Positions 1 through 9,859 are shown, numbered from the stretch's first letter. The stretch: DNA of 64,000 bases from Clostridiales bacterium (GCA_012522015.1 JAAYLD010000044.1:3829-67828), one strand, 5' to 3'. Program-made: numbers and translations. Notes: a model not told the origin generated them from the letters alone.

Positions 1-428
1 AGCCTTTTTCGGGGCTGGATCCGGTGAACGCAATGCTCCTAAAGGATGTGGTCAAGGAAGTTATAAGAAAAGGCAAAATTGTTTTTCTCTCAAGCCATCA
101 GATGAATTACATAGAGGAATTCTGCGACAGCATCGCTATTATAAACGGAGGCCAAGTTGTCCTTGAAGGAGATTTGCGCGACATCAAGCGTAATTATCCC
201 AGAAATCGTCTTGTTGTTCGTTCACTGCAAAATGAAAAAATCGCAAGAGAATACAAAGGCCGCTTTGAATGGGGCGAGAATGGTGAAATCATCATTATAC
301 TTGATACCCTTGAGGATAAGAAGAGAGTTATGAGTGAACTTACAGAGACTTATGACATTGACGAAATAAAGGTCTATGAGCCGTCGCTCAACGATATTTT
401 CGTTGAGTACGCAGAGAACCAAATATAA
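1..428 (+). CDS. ABC transporter ATP-binding protein, C-terminal part (5' end outside window)
   Basis: Reading frame is open to the window edge. FLSSHQMNYIEEFCD matches the H-loop region of ABC ATPases. An ABC-2 permease gene follows immediately. Confidence 0.8.
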   Translation, partial: PFSGLDPVNAMLLKDVVKEVIRKGKIVFLSSHQMNYIEEFCDSIAIINGGQVVLEGDLRDIKRNYPRNRLVVRSLQNEKIAREYKGRFEWGENGEIIIILDTLEDKKRVMSELTETYDIDEIKVYEPSLNDIFVEYAENQI

Positions 429-444
429 GGAGGGGGTGAGCACA

Positions 445-1689
445 GTGAAACAGTTTTGTAAAATACTAAAATTTGAACTTAAACATTATCTGACAAATAA
501 AATATTTATCGGCGTGACACTTATCCTTGTCGCTGTAATTGCTGTTGTAATGTTCTTTCCTCGTATATGGGGAATTTTCAAAAAAGAAGATAGTACCCCC
601 GATGTAGGCAAATATTTGCCGGTAATGCTCGTCGTTAGCGATGCAAAAGAAAACAGCGAAGCTGTAAAAGAAGCGTTTGCCGCTGTCTTTACAGGTTACG
701 AGGTTAAAGTTGCTGATACCGACGTCGAAGATGTGAAGGATCAGATTAAATCAGGCGAGGCAGAGTGTGCTTTTGTTTTGAACAGTCTCACCTCTTATAC
801 CTACTATGTCAACAACCTTTCGATGTATGACAATAATACTGCCATCGCTGATGAAGTGCTGAAGAGTATTTACCGTATAAATGCCATGGTACAAGGCGGC
901 TTTACTCCGGAGGAGGCAAGCGCTATACTAACAGCACCTATTGAAGGTAGGATTGAAAACCTTGGCATAGACCAGATGCAGAATTTCTTATACACATACA
1001 TAATGATATTGGCGCTTTACATGGTAATTCTGCTTTATGGTCAAATGGTCGCCACCAATGTCGCAACAGAAAAAAGCTCCCGTGCGATGGAATTGCTTAT
1101 TACAAGCGCAAAACCGACATCTATGATGTTTGGCAAAGTCATAGCTACTTGTTTTGCAGGCCTTTTACAAATTGTTGTTGTCTTTGGCTCCTCAATTTTG
1201 TTTTTTAATATAAACGACGATTATTGGGGTGACAATCCTATTGTAAACTCCATTTTTGGAATGCCGATCGGTCTTTTTGTATACATGCTTATCTTCTTTA
1301 TACTTGGATACTTAATCTACTCATTTATGTTTGGCGCCGTAGGTTCCACAGCATCGAAACTTGAGGATATAAACACCTCTGTTACGCTGATTGCAATGAT
1401 GTTTGTTGTAAGCTTTTTAGTAGTTATAGTATCAATGTCAAGCGGGAATGTTGATACAGTTTTGACGAAGGTTTGCTCATATATTCCGTTCACATCTCCC
1501 ATAGCAATGTTTACCCGCATTGCAATGAGCACAGTTTCAATTTATGAAATCTGCGCTTCTATTGCTATACTGATTGTTTCAGTCATCGGTATCGGTGTAT
1601 TATCTGCAAAGATATACCGGGTCGGAGTATTACTTTACGGCAACAAACCTAAGCTTGGGTCAATTATCAAGGCTGTGCTGAAAGCATAA
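445..1689 (+). CDS. ABC-2 family (NatB-like) transporter permease
   Basis: GTG at 445 lies 7 nt after AAGGAGGGGG. N-terminal TM helix, a large extracytoplasmic loop, then about 5 C-terminal TM helices. Adjacent to the ABC ATPase. Confidence 0.75.
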   Translation: MKQFCKILKFELKHYLTNKIFIGVTLILVAVIAVVMFFPRIWGIFKKEDSTPDVGKYLPVMLVVSDAKENSEAVKEAFAAVFTGYEVKVADTDVEDVKDQIKSGEAECAFVLNSLTSYTYYVNNLSMYDNNTAIADEVLKSIYRINAMVQGGFTPEEASAILTAPIEGRIENLGIDQMQNFLYTYIMILALYMVILLYGQMVATNVATEKSSRAMELLITSAKPTSMMFGKVIATCFAGLLQIVVVFGSSILFFNINDDYWGDNPIVNSIFGMPIGLFVYMLIFFILGYLIYSFMFGAVGSTASKLEDINTSVTLIAMMFVVSFLVVIVSMSSGNVDTVLTKVCSYIPFTSPIAMFTRIAMSTVSIYEICASIAILIVSVIGIGVLSAKIYRVGVLLYGNKPKLGSIIKAVLKA

Positions 1690-1711
1690 AATTTTCGAAA
1701 GCCATAAAAAT

Positions 1712-1743
1712 AGGATGCCAATGAATCGGCATCCTTCTTTTTA
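1712..1743. terminator. Bidirectional intrinsic terminator between convergent genes
   Basis: AGGATGCC / GGCATCCT stem followed by TCTTTTT. Confidence 0.7.
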
Positions 1744-1759
1744 TCTCATATTATATAAA

Positions 1760-2302
1760 TTAAAAACGCGCAATAAGTTCATCAAGCGAGCAGACCTCAG
1801 CACCGTAGACCTCCTTAAGATATTTGAGCCCTGATATATAATCCTCCTCGGTGAAGGCGTTTGTCGTTTCGCGCGGCACAACTATATCATAACCGAGGTA
1901 ATATGCGTCCGCCGATGTGTGGCGGTAGCACATATGTGTGTGAAGCCCCGTAATTATGAGTGTGTCGACCACCAGCTCTGAGAGAAGCATCTGCATATCG
2001 GTCTGATAAAAGCCGCTGTAGCGGCGTTTCGGTACTACATAATCGCATGGCTGCGGCGTAAGCTCCGGTATGACCTCCGCGCCCGGAGTGCCCTTTATCG
2101 CGTGGTCGCCCCAAAGCTTAAGCTCGCGGTCGATTCCTGGCAGGTGGCAATCATTCGAGTAAATAACGGGAATGCCATGTTCTCGGGCTGCATTCGTTAG
2201 TTTAACTAAATCGGGGATAATAGCGCGCCCGCGTTCACATCCAAGAGTACCGGTGACAAAATCGTTTAGCATATCAACAACAATAACAGCATACTTGCTC
2301 AT
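1760..2302 (-). CDS. Isochorismatase-family cysteine hydrolase (nicotinamidase-like)
   Basis: VIVVDMLNDFV, HAIKGTPGAE, KRRYSGFYQTD and ITGLHTHMCYRHT follow the PncA/isochorismatase pattern. Start taken at MSKYAV. Confidence 0.7.
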   Translation of the reverse strand: MSKYAVIVVDMLNDFVTGTLGCERGRAIIPDLVKLTNAAREHGIPVIYSNDCHLPGIDRELKLWGDHAIKGTPGAEVIPELTPQPCDYVVPKRRYSGFYQTDMQMLLSELVVDTLIITGLHTHMCYRHTSADAYYLGYDIVVPRETTNAFTEEDYISGLKYLKEVYGAEVCSLDELIARF

Positions 2303-2455
2303 AAAAAGCTCCTTCAATAAAAATGATATATGTTAGTGATTATAGAAAGAAAATAGTTACATGGTATCACAACATTATCAGTTATTATGAATTATATTGT
2401 GTCGATGTGTTGATATACGGGGTTATATACGTGAAAAAGTTATGGCTTTACTTTA

Positions 2456-3319
2456 TTAATTGCCCTCGCTTTTTTTATCCGGTGTGATAATTGCTGCCAT
2501 AACACCGAAACTGTCGCCCTGCCTGCGGTGTGAATAAAAAAGATCGGGCGAGCAGCATGTGCAAAGAGGGCAGATGTCGATATTTTCGCTTTTTATGCCT
2601 GAGGACTCAAGTATAAGCCGGTTGATAGCCTTCAAATCAGCTCTATGTGTGCCGTTTGATATTGTGAAAAACTCCGCCGCTTTATCAGAAGAAGCCCTTG
2701 TGACCTCAGAGCGTGATGTGAGCATCATTTTTATGAAAGTTTCCTTAAAATCAGGCGCTACGGAGTAACAGCAAACACCGATAGCAGGGCCTATCGCTGC
2801 TTTTATGTAAGGGAGTCTTGCGCCGCGGCGCAGCATTTCGTCGACTGCCAGCGCAGCGATCCCAGCCGCTGTGCCACGCCATCCGGCATGGACGGCACTG
2901 ACAATACCTGCGTCAGCGTCGGCGAGAAGTATAGGCACGCAGTCTGCAGTTTTTACAGCAACAACAGCGAGAGGTGAGTCGGTAACAAAGCCGTCACAGT
3001 AAAACTCATTTGCTGCGTTATTCGGTGTGACGTATTCAACAGTATCAGAATGTAGCTGCTTTGTGGCAAGTGTGAAAATGTAATCGCCCGCAGCGTACGG
3101 TGGCAATGTGCCGCAGGCGGCAGCTAAGCGGCGCCTGTTTTCCGTTATAATATCGGCACTGTCAGTACCCTTATCACCACCGGATGTGTAGCTGATATTA
3201 AGCTCCGCTGTGTGCGGAAGTGTGGATACACCGCCAATACGCGTAGAAAATGCGTGTTTGACACCTAAGATGTCAGATGTGAAGAAAACAACTCCACCTG
3301 ACGTTTTCATCTTGAACAT
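2456..3319 (-). CDS. pgeF: YfiH/PgeF laccase-domain (purine nucleoside phosphorylase / peptidoglycan editing factor) family protein
   Basis: GVKHAFSTRIGGVS, TADCVPILL and SAVHAGWRGT motifs. ATG at 3319 with a GGAGGA RBS. The longer ORF to 3460 only translates a hairpin repeat array. Confidence 0.8.
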   Translation of the reverse strand: MFKMKTSGGVVFFTSDILGVKHAFSTRIGGVSTLPHTAELNISYTSGGDKGTDSADIITENRRRLAAACGTLPPYAAGDYIFTLATKQLHSDTVEYVTPNNAANEFYCDGFVTDSPLAVVAVKTADCVPILLADADAGIVSAVHAGWRGTAAGIAALAVDEMLRRGARLPYIKAAIGPAIGVCCYSVAPDFKETFIKMMLTSRSEVTRASSDKAAEFFTISNGTHRADLKAINRLILESSGIKSENIDICPLCTCCSPDLFYSHRRQGDSFGVMAAIITPDKKSEGN

Positions 3320-3369
3320 AAAGTCCTCCGTTTTGTGTGGAAGCAAGAGAAGAAAAGAAAGAGAAGACG

Positions 3370-3483
3370 CCAGAGGGCGCTGCCCTCTGGAATACACTAG
3401 GGGACAGCGTCCCCTGGACCCCTGCCAAAGGGGCCATGCCCCTTTGGAATCCCGAATCACACAGCGAAACTTTGTTTCGCTGT
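3370..3483. repeat. Array of four GC-rich short-loop hairpins (REP-like)
   Basis: CCAGAGGGC-gct-GCCCTCTGG (3370-3390), CTAGGGGAC-agc-GTCCCCTGG (3397-3417), CCAAAGGGGC-cat-GCCCCTTTGG (3425-3447), ACAGCGAAAC-tttg-TTTCGCTGT (3461-3483). Confidence 0.8.
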
Positions 3484-3502
3484 TGGGGTTATATTATTTT
3501 AA

Positions 3503-3533
3503 AAGTCAAGCTCATATAAAAAGCTTGACTTTC
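3503..3533 (-). terminator. Intrinsic terminator downstream of the aminotransferase gene (shared-stem family copy 1)
   Basis: AAAGTCAAGCT / AGCTTGACTTT stem. T-rich run follows on the minus strand. Confidence 0.7.
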
Positions 3534-3616
3534 TATTAATAAGACTATATGTGCTGTATTCTTTTGTGGTGACACAGAGCGTCAGTGCTTTTTATACGAA
3601 ATAAGCCATGCCGCTG

Positions 3617-4903
3617 TCACGCCTTAAGACATTTTTCAATAGCGGCAATTTTTATACACGTTGTGAGGATGTATATAGCGGTGGTGAGGTCATCATTTGA
3701 CAGGTATGTCGGAGCTATGCGCAGGTTTTTATCAAGAGGGTCGTGACTGTACGGGAATGTTGCCCCGACGTCGGTAAGGCGCACGCCAGCATCGCGGCAA
3801 AGCTCGTAAACGCGCGTGGCACAGCCAGACATAACATCAAGGCTGACAAAATAACCGCCTTTAGGGTTGCTCCAAACAGCAGCGCCGGTGCCGTCAAGCT
3901 CGCGCGAAAGAATATTTTTAACTATCTCAAACTTTGGACGCAGTATTTTGGCATGCAGCTCCATCTGACGCCGCACAGCGGCGGCATTTGGGAAGCAGCG
4001 CACGTGGCGAAGCTGGTTTAATTTATCATAACCGATAGTCTGCACTGCAACAATACGCTTGATATCGGCGATATTTTCTTTGCTTGCAGCTATAATAGCG
4101 ACACCAGCCCCGGGGAATGTTATTTTTGAGGTTGAGGCGAAATAATAAATCATATTTTCGCTCTCCGGTCCGATTTTCGCAGCCTCGTCAAATATACTCA
4201 GAAGTTTATCACCGTCGCTGTAAAGGTCATGGACGGCATAAGCATTATCCCAGAAGATGCAGAAGTCCTTTGCCTTTGGACGAAGTGCGGCAAAGCGGCG
4301 AACGACATCATCTGAGTATGTAATGCCAGTTGGGTTGCTGTGTTTAGGTACGCACCATATGCCCTTTATCGATTCGTCGGAAGAAACAAGGTCTTCAACA
4401 GTGTCCATATCAGGGCCGTCGTCTTTCATTGCAACAGGGATCATCTTAATTCCAAGCGTCTCGCATATTGCAAAATGACGGTCATAACCTGGGGTAGGGC
4501 ATAAAAACTTTACGCCACCTTCAACACGTGACCACGGAAGTTCCCTGCCGGACACACCAAAAAGCATGGCGCGTACAATGGTGTCGTACATTAAATTTAA
4601 GCTGGAGTTGCCGCCGACGATGATGTTTTCAGCGGGTATATCAAGAAGTTCGGAGAAAAGCTCTTTTACCTCAGGCAGACCATCAAGGACGCCATAATTA
4701 CGGCAGTCGACCCCGTCTTTGGATATGCAGTTGTCGCCACTTAATGCCGTCAATACGCAATTTGATAGCTCAAGCTGCTCCGGGCATGGTTTGCCTCGTG
4801 TAAGATCAAGTTTATAACCCTTTGACTTAATTCGCTCGTATTCGCTCCAAAGCGACTTTAGCTGTGAGGCAAGTGTCTTTTTATCAGTGTTTTCGTATGT
4901 CAA
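3617..4903 (-). CDS. PLP-dependent aminotransferase, class I/II fold
   Basis: LDLTRGKP, SNPTG and FASTSKITFPGAGV (Lys in the SxSK context) are typical of fold-type I aminotransferases. Start is uncertain: TTG at 4903 with a GAGAAGG RBS is preferred, and the ORF is also open to TTG at 5005. Confidence 0.75.
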   Translation of the reverse strand: MTYENTDKKTLASQLKSLWSEYERIKSKGYKLDLTRGKPCPEQLELSNCVLTALSGDNCISKDGVDCRNYGVLDGLPEVKELFSELLDIPAENIIVGGNSSLNLMYDTIVRAMLFGVSGRELPWSRVEGGVKFLCPTPGYDRHFAICETLGIKMIPVAMKDDGPDMDTVEDLVSSDESIKGIWCVPKHSNPTGITYSDDVVRRFAALRPKAKDFCIFWDNAYAVHDLYSDGDKLLSIFDEAAKIGPESENMIYYFASTSKITFPGAGVAIIAASKENIADIKRIVAVQTIGYDKLNQLRHVRCFPNAAAVRRQMELHAKILRPKFEIVKNILSRELDGTGAAVWSNPKGGYFVSLDVMSGCATRVYELCRDAGVRLTDVGATFPYSHDPLDKNLRIAPTYLSNDDLTTAIYILTTCIKIAAIEKCLKA

Positions 4904-5035
4904 CGATATTTGCCTTCTCTCTAATTTATTATTAGTAATATTTTTGCTTTTTAAGTTAGATGTTTGATATACAGCTTGTGTTATGTATTGTTGGATATAA
5001 CACAAACTCTTTTGCTATCTATATCAAATGATGAT

Positions 5036-6442
5036 TTAAAACTCCGCATTTCCTGTTGTTCTCGGGAATGGCTGAACGTCGCGAATGTTTTGCATACCTG
5101 TTATATACATAAGCAAGCGCTCAAAGCCAAGGCCGAAACCTGCGTGTTTGACGCTGCCGTATTTGCGCAGCTCCATATACCACCAGTAGTCTTCCTCAGA
5201 GAGGCCGAAGTGCTTGATGGCAGCAGCAAGGTATTCAGGTCTCTCCTCACGTTGTGAGCCGCCAATCAACTCACCAACACCGGGTACAAGCATATCGGCT
5301 GCTGCAACTGTTTTTCCGTCATCGTTTAGGCGCATGTAGAAAGACTTTATATCGCGCGGATAATCGGTTACAAACACAGGCTTGCCAAAAACAGTCTCGG
5401 TAAGGTACCGCTCGTGCTCGGTCTGAAGATCCATGCCCCACGAAACCGGGAACTCAAACTTTTTGTCAGCTTTTTTAAGAATTTCGATGGCTTCTGTATA
5501 TGAAATGCGGCCAAAATCGCCGCCTTCGACGAGTAACCTTAAGCGTTCTATGAGAGTTTTATCAATAAACTTATTGAAAAACTCCATTTCAGCAGGGCAG
5601 TTTTCAAGCACATACGAAACGATGTATTTAATCATCGCTTCGGCAAGGTCCATGTTGTCTTCAAGGTCGGCAAATGCAATTTCCGGCTCAATCATCCAGA
5701 ATTCAGCTGCATGACGCGGCGTATTTGATTTTTCAGCACGGAATGTAGGTCCGAAGGTGTATACGTTTGAATATGCCATCACAAATGATTCAACATTTAA
5801 CTGGCCTGAAACAGTTAAGTTTGCCTGCCGTCCGAAAAAGTCCTCTGAATAATCGACTTCCCCGTTTTTGTTGCGCGGCGGATTTTCAGGCTCAATCGTT
5901 GTAACGCGGAACATCTCGCCCGCGCCTTCACAGTCGCTGCAGGTGATTATCGGGGTGTGGACATAGACGAAACCACGCTCCTGGAAAAAGCGGTGGATCG
6001 CATATGCGGCAACACTGCGGACGCGGAAAACAGCATAAAATGTTGCAACTCGCGGACGCAGGTGAGCTATGCTGCGCAAATACTCCATAGTATGGCGTTT
6101 ATTCTGTATAGGATAATCGGGTGTCGATTTACCCTCGACTGTTATTTTGGTTGCGTGCAACTCATAAGGCTGCGGTGCGTTCGGCGTTAATATAAGTTTT
6201 CCTGTGACGGTGATTGAGGAGCTGATGTTTAAAGCGGCGATTTCACTGTAGTTTTGCAGAACAGACGCTTCAAACACAATTTGCAGATTTGTAAAATACG
6301 TGCCGTCGTTAAATTCGATAAAACCGACGGCGTTACTTGCGCGAAGCTTCCGTACCCATCCTTTTAATATAAGAGCTTTCTCCGTGTATGACTCCGGAGA
6401 GTTGTGTATCTCTCTTATTGTGGTAACGTCTTTTCTTTCCAT
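5036..6442 (-). CDS. asnS: Asparagine--tRNA ligase
   Basis: N-terminal OB fold ([20 protein letters not shown]), class II motifs ([30 protein letters not shown]) and the AsnRS-type C-terminus. ATG at 6442. Confidence 0.9.
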   Translation of the reverse strand: MERKDVTTIREIHNSPESYTEKALILKGWVRKLRASNAVGFIEFNDGTYFTNLQIVFEASVLQNYSEIAALNISSSITVTGKLILTPNAPQPYELHATKITVEGKSTPDYPIQNKRHTMEYLRSIAHLRPRVATFYAVFRVRSVAAYAIHRFFQERGFVYVHTPIITCSDCEGAGEMFRVTTIEPENPPRNKNGEVDYSEDFFGRQANLTVSGQLNVESFVMAYSNVYTFGPTFRAEKSNTPRHAAEFWMIEPEIAFADLEDNMDLAEAMIKYIVSYVLENCPAEMEFFNKFIDKTLIERLRLLVEGGDFGRISYTEAIEILKKADKKFEFPVSWGMDLQTEHERYLTETVFGKPVFVTDYPRDIKSFYMRLNDDGKTVAAADMLVPGVGELIGGSQREERPEYLAAAIKHFGLSEEDYWWYMELRKYGSVKHAGFGLGFERLLMYITGMQNIRDVQPFPRTTGNAEF

Positions 6443-6520
6443 GTCAAAATCCTTTCGTGCACGCGAAAAATGAAACAGCAAATTAACTTAATTGCATTTT
6501 ATAGCCGTGGAGCACTACTT

Positions 6521-6549
6521 ATTATATTATATTTATCTCAATTATGCAA
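6521..6549 (-). promoter_or_regulatory. Sigma-A type promoter for asnS
   Basis: Minus strand reads TTGCAT-17 nt-TATAAT, about 80 nt upstream of the asnS ATG. Confidence 0.6.
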
Positions 6550-6582
6550 GTGTGATATAGAAAAAATCTAAATATAGCGCAC

Positions 6583-6611
6583 TTGCAAAAAATGATTTCA
6601 TGTTGTATTAT
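6583..6611 (+). promoter_or_regulatory. Sigma-A type promoter for the queT leader
   Basis: TTGCAA-17 nt-TATTAT. Confidence 0.6.
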
Positions 6612-6617
6612 GTTATT

Positions 6618-6701
6618 GGTGAGTTCGAAACCATCCTCACCCTCGCTGAATGCTAAATGCTGAACGCGAGAAAAATAAAAAAAACTACGGGAGAAAACAT
6701 A
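6618..6701 (+). promoter_or_regulatory. Candidate preQ1 riboswitch (class uncertain) in the queT leader
   Basis: Hairpin GGUGAG-UUCGAAACCAUC-CUCACC, whose loop is like preQ1-I aptamers. A second hairpin CUCGC...GCGAG follows, then the A-rich tail AAAAAUAAAAAAAACUACGGGAG, which runs into the RBS. The downstream gene is a QueT-type transporter. Confidence 0.5.
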
Positions 6702-7307
6702 GTGAAACTCACAAGAAAAGTACGTCCGGGCATGACAACTTCACCGGGCGCAAAAGAATCGGCTGAAAAAGCTGCCGCTATCATGCAAAACGGAAAAGCC
6801 CCTGCGGCACGGGTAAGTGCGAAAACGGTACTCATCTGCCGCGCAGCAATAATAGCCGCTCTTTATGTAGTACTAACGTATTTATCGAACATTTTTGGGT
6901 TAGCTTCAGGCGCCATCCAGCTTCGTCTTTCAGAGGCGCTATGTGTTTTGCCTTACTTCAGCTTTATAGCTGTTCCGGGGCTTACAATCGGATGCCTTAT
7001 CTCAAATATACTGTTCGGAGTTTCCTTTTACGACGTCATTTTTGGAACGCTTGCAACGGCGATTGGCGCCGTCGCTTCTTATTATATACGAAAATATAAA
7101 TTCGCTGTCCCAATACCGGCAGTTTTAGCAAATGCTATAATTGTTCCTCTTGTGCTTCGCATTTCAGGAATGTCGGAAGATGGCTTTATTTATTTGATGC
7201 TGACTGTTGGCACTGGCGAGCTTTTAGCTTGCTGTGCGCTTGGCATACCGCTCATGCTTGTACTCGAAAAGTATGGCAGCAGGATATTTGATAAAAACTT
7301 TATATGA
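6702..7307 (+). CDS. queT: QueT family queuosine-precursor transporter (ECF S-component-like)
   Basis: Small polytopic membrane protein with AALYVVLTYLSNIFGLASGAIQLRLSEAL, typical of QueT. GTG at 6702 lies 8 nt after GGGAGA. The ATG at 6657 falls inside the predicted leader RNA. Confidence 0.7.
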   Translation: MKLTRKVRPGMTTSPGAKESAEKAAAIMQNGKAPAARVSAKTVLICRAAIIAALYVVLTYLSNIFGLASGAIQLRLSEALCVLPYFSFIAVPGLTIGCLISNILFGVSFYDVIFGTLATAIGAVASYYIRKYKFAVPIPAVLANAIIVPLVLRISGMSEDGFIYLMLTVGTGELLACCALGIPLMLVLEKYGSRIFDKNFI

Positions 7308-7409
7308 ATTATACAAATATAGTATAATTTATTATAATAAATAATATAAGATTAAAATTACTTTTTATATTGAAAAATCAATATTGCTAAGCGAAAGGAA
7401 CCGTATCCA

Positions 7410-8033
7410 ATGACCGATAAGTCAAAAGCGCAACGCAAGACAGGCGCGAAATTGAGTTATGATTCACCTGTTATATTAACCTTCGCGCTTTTGGCTCTGA
7501 TAGTTTATATCATACAGAGTATATTTCCTGCAACAACATATAAATATTTTTGCATATATGATGCATCTGTTTCCGATCCGCTTTTTTACGTGCGCCTCTT
7601 CGGTTACACGCTTGGTCATGCAAATTTTACACATTTCATTTCAAACATAGGCATGTTGCTTCTCATAGGACCGTCCGTTGAAGAAAAATACGGCAGCGGT
7701 TATCTTGTTGCTTCCATGGTATTCACGGCTGTTGCCGGAGGGCTGGCTCATTGCCTGTTAACGGACAACCTCGCTCTTCTTGGCGCAAGCGGAATCGTAT
7801 TTATGCTGATGTTTTTATCAGTTGGCACGCGGACAAAGGACGGCAGGATAGCGCTTTCCTTTATCTTAGTTGCGCTCATATACTTAGGCGGCGCTATTTA
7901 TGATATGATTTTTACAAGCGACAATGTTTCGCAGCTTGGACATCTTGTCGGCGGGTTTTGCGGTATAGGCTGTGGAGCGTTGATCGACAGGTACCGAGAC
8001 CAAAGAAAAACGAAAAAACGGCGCTATGCTTGA
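7410..8033 (+). CDS. Rhomboid family intramembrane serine protease
   Basis: Six TM helices, a GASGIVF catalytic Ser motif and a GHLVGGFCG catalytic His motif. Confidence 0.8.
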   Translation: MTDKSKAQRKTGAKLSYDSPVILTFALLALIVYIIQSIFPATTYKYFCIYDASVSDPLFYVRLFGYTLGHANFTHFISNIGMLLLIGPSVEEKYGSGYLVASMVFTAVAGGLAHCLLTDNLALLGASGIVFMLMFLSVGTRTKDGRIALSFILVALIYLGGAIYDMIFTSDNVSQLGHLVGGFCGIGCGALIDRYRDQRKTKKRRYA

Positions 8034-8242
8034 TAGCTTAGGTTAATTTTCAATTCATATTATCATGGTATCAATCAAACCATACGATGGATGAACATGG
8101 TGGCGGGTGTGTATTATATTGAGCATATACATGACAGGTGCTGTCATAAACACTTTTCCGGCATACGCCGCCATGCATCTGCCATGAAGCTGTCATGCAC
8201 GACCCGAAACACGTGCAAACAGAGTTTTTTTAAAATTAAACA

Positions 8243-8271
8243 TTGACAAGACGGCGGTATTCTGATACAAT
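8243..8271 (+). promoter_or_regulatory. Sigma-A promoter for tRNA-Gln
   Basis: TTGACA-17 nt-TACAAT with an upstream TGn (extended -10), about 20 nt before the tRNA. Confidence 0.7.
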
Positions 8272-8289
8272 ACTCTTTACTTGATATGA

Positions 8290-8360
8290 TGCGGAATTGT
8301 GTAACGGTAGCACGACAGACTCTGACTCTGTTTGTGAGGGTTCGAATCCTTCTTCCGCAG
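8290..8360 (+). tRNA. tRNA-Gln (anticodon CUG)
   Basis: Hand-folded cloverleaf: acceptor UGCGGAA/UUCCGCA with U1-A72, T arm GAGGG-UUCGAAU-CCUUC, anticodon arm ACAGA-CUCUGAC-UCUGU. No encoded CCA. Confidence 0.85.
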
Positions 8361-8370
8361 TATTAAAACA

Positions 8371-8400
8371 CCCCGCTGTGCTTTGGCGGGGCTGTTTGTA
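8371..8400 (+). terminator. Intrinsic terminator after tRNA-Gln
   Basis: CCCCGC / GCGGGG stem followed by CTGTTTGTATTT. Confidence 0.65.
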
Positions 8401-8713
8401 TTTAATACAATTGTTATGTACCTTTAGAGTACCCTTAATTTATCTTAAATTCATAATATTTATCATATATAAGGCTAACGCACTGCTTCCGTGTCGATAA
8501 TATTTTTAGAACATCTCGTTTATAATTGTGAAAATGCAAATCGTCCGAAGCCTCTTTACACAAAAACATGATTCGGTGCTGAGTGGCAGCCGCCAAATCA
8601 AGACGAAACTGATATGCAAACACCAGTTTCTTTTATAAGTGCAAGTACGGATGATTTGTGTGATGGTGTAATAACGAATTTATTGAAGTAATGTAAGGAT
8701 TGCGGAAGTAAAT

Positions 8714-9859
8714 ATGAAGGTACTGATTTTGTCGGAAAACACAGGCGAGGGACATAATTCGACGGCTGTTGCCATAAAGGAAGCGCTTGCTGAGGTGGGT
8801 ACGGATTGTGACATACAGAACGCACTGTCGCTGCAGTCTGTTCGCCTTTCAAAATTTATAAGTAACTCCCATTCGTTCTGCTATAAATATATACCGCGGC
8901 TTTATGGCATCGGTTATATGTATGAGGAAAAAAAACATAATAAGCTCAGCAGTATAAAGACAAAAGCAGCGCGCCGACTTTATGAAACGGTTGTAGCAGG
9001 CGGGTACGAAGCTGTAATATGTGTCCATGTATTCGGAGCAATTATATATACAGAAGCAAAAAAAAATTTCGGGCTGTCTGTACCCGGTTATTTTGTCGCG
9101 ACCGATTATACGTGCAGCCCCGGTGTCAATCTCACCGATATGAATGCATATTTCATTCCACACCGGCACTGCGCACATGATTTTATCAGAAAAGGCGTGC
9201 CAGAGGAAAAGCTTGTTGTCTCAGGTATTCCTGTAAGACGCACTTTCCTTTACAAAACCGATAAGGCAGTGGCGAGAGCTGAGCTTGGCCTTCCAGTGGA
9301 GGGAATTATCGTACTTTTAGCATTCGGCAGCATTGGGTGTGGCCCGATACTTGAAATATACAAGCTCCTAATATCACGTCTGCCGAAGGATGTAACTATT
9401 GTCGTCATTACCGGTAGAAACAAACGGATATATAATAAGCTCACCGAGGGCAACATCAATACCCCTAAAAATGTGCATATCGTCGGTTATACGGACAAGA
9501 TGATGCTGTATATGGATGCTGCGGATTTTTTCATGACAAAATCGGGGGGATTGAGCACAACGGAAGCAATAGCAAAAGGAATTCCGCTTTTTTGCATTGA
9601 TGCTGTTCCCGGCTGTGAAACCCGCAATTATGAGTTTTTTACCAAGCATAATTATGTCCTTTACGGTAAAACAAACGATGAGCTTGTCAACCTCGTTGTG
9701 AGGTGTGTAAAAGACCCCGCACTTACAAAGCCTTATTTGGAGCGCTGGAAGATTGATTTTCCATCCGGTGCCGCCGATATGATTGTGCGTTATATCATGA
9801 GCGGTAAAAGTGACGGGCATGATAACGTGACGCCCCAAATAGACAAAAACAACGATTAG
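8714..9859 (+). CDS. Diacylglycerol glycosyltransferase (MGDG-synthase / UgtP-like, GT28 family)
   Basis: N-terminus MKVLILSENTGEGHNSTAVAIKEAL is typical of the MGDG-synthase domain. C-terminal GT-B nucleotide-sugar half contains KSGGLSTTEAIAKGIP. Confidence 0.75.
   Translation: MKVLILSENTGEGHNSTAVAIKEALAEVGTDCDIQNALSLQSVRLSKFISNSHSFCYKYIPRLYGIGYMYEEKKHNKLSSIKTKAARRLYETVVAGGYEAVICVHVFGAIIYTEAKKNFGLSVPGYFVATDYTCSPGVNLTDMNAYFIPHRHCAHDFIRKGVPEEKLVVSGIPVRRTFLYKTDKAVARAELGLPVEGIIVLLAFGSIGCGPILEIYKLLISRLPKDVTIVVITGRNKRIYNKLTEGNINTPKNVHIVGYTDKMMLYMDAADFFMTKSGGLSTTEAIAKGIPLFCIDAVPGCETRNYEFFTKHNYVLYGKTNDELVNLVVRCVKDPALTKPYLERWKIDFPSGAADMIVRYIMSGKSDGHDNVTPQIDKNND

Noticed and set aside
3210-3539. Pro/Gly/Arg-rich ORFs (3210-3539 and 3337-3519) and the N-terminal 47 codons of ORF 2456-3460.
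   Set aside because: These are translations of the GC-rich hairpin repeat array. The real pgeF start is the ATG at 3319, which has a GGAGGA RBS.
6443-6520. Possible T-box leader upstream of asnS.
   Set aside because: The leader is only about 80 nt from the predicted -10 to the ATG. It has no specifier or T-box (AGGGUGGNACCGCG-like) sequence and no terminator/antiterminator pair.
8297-8500. 67-aa ORF overlapping tRNA-Gln.
   Set aside because: It starts inside the tRNA and runs through its terminator, so it is not coding.
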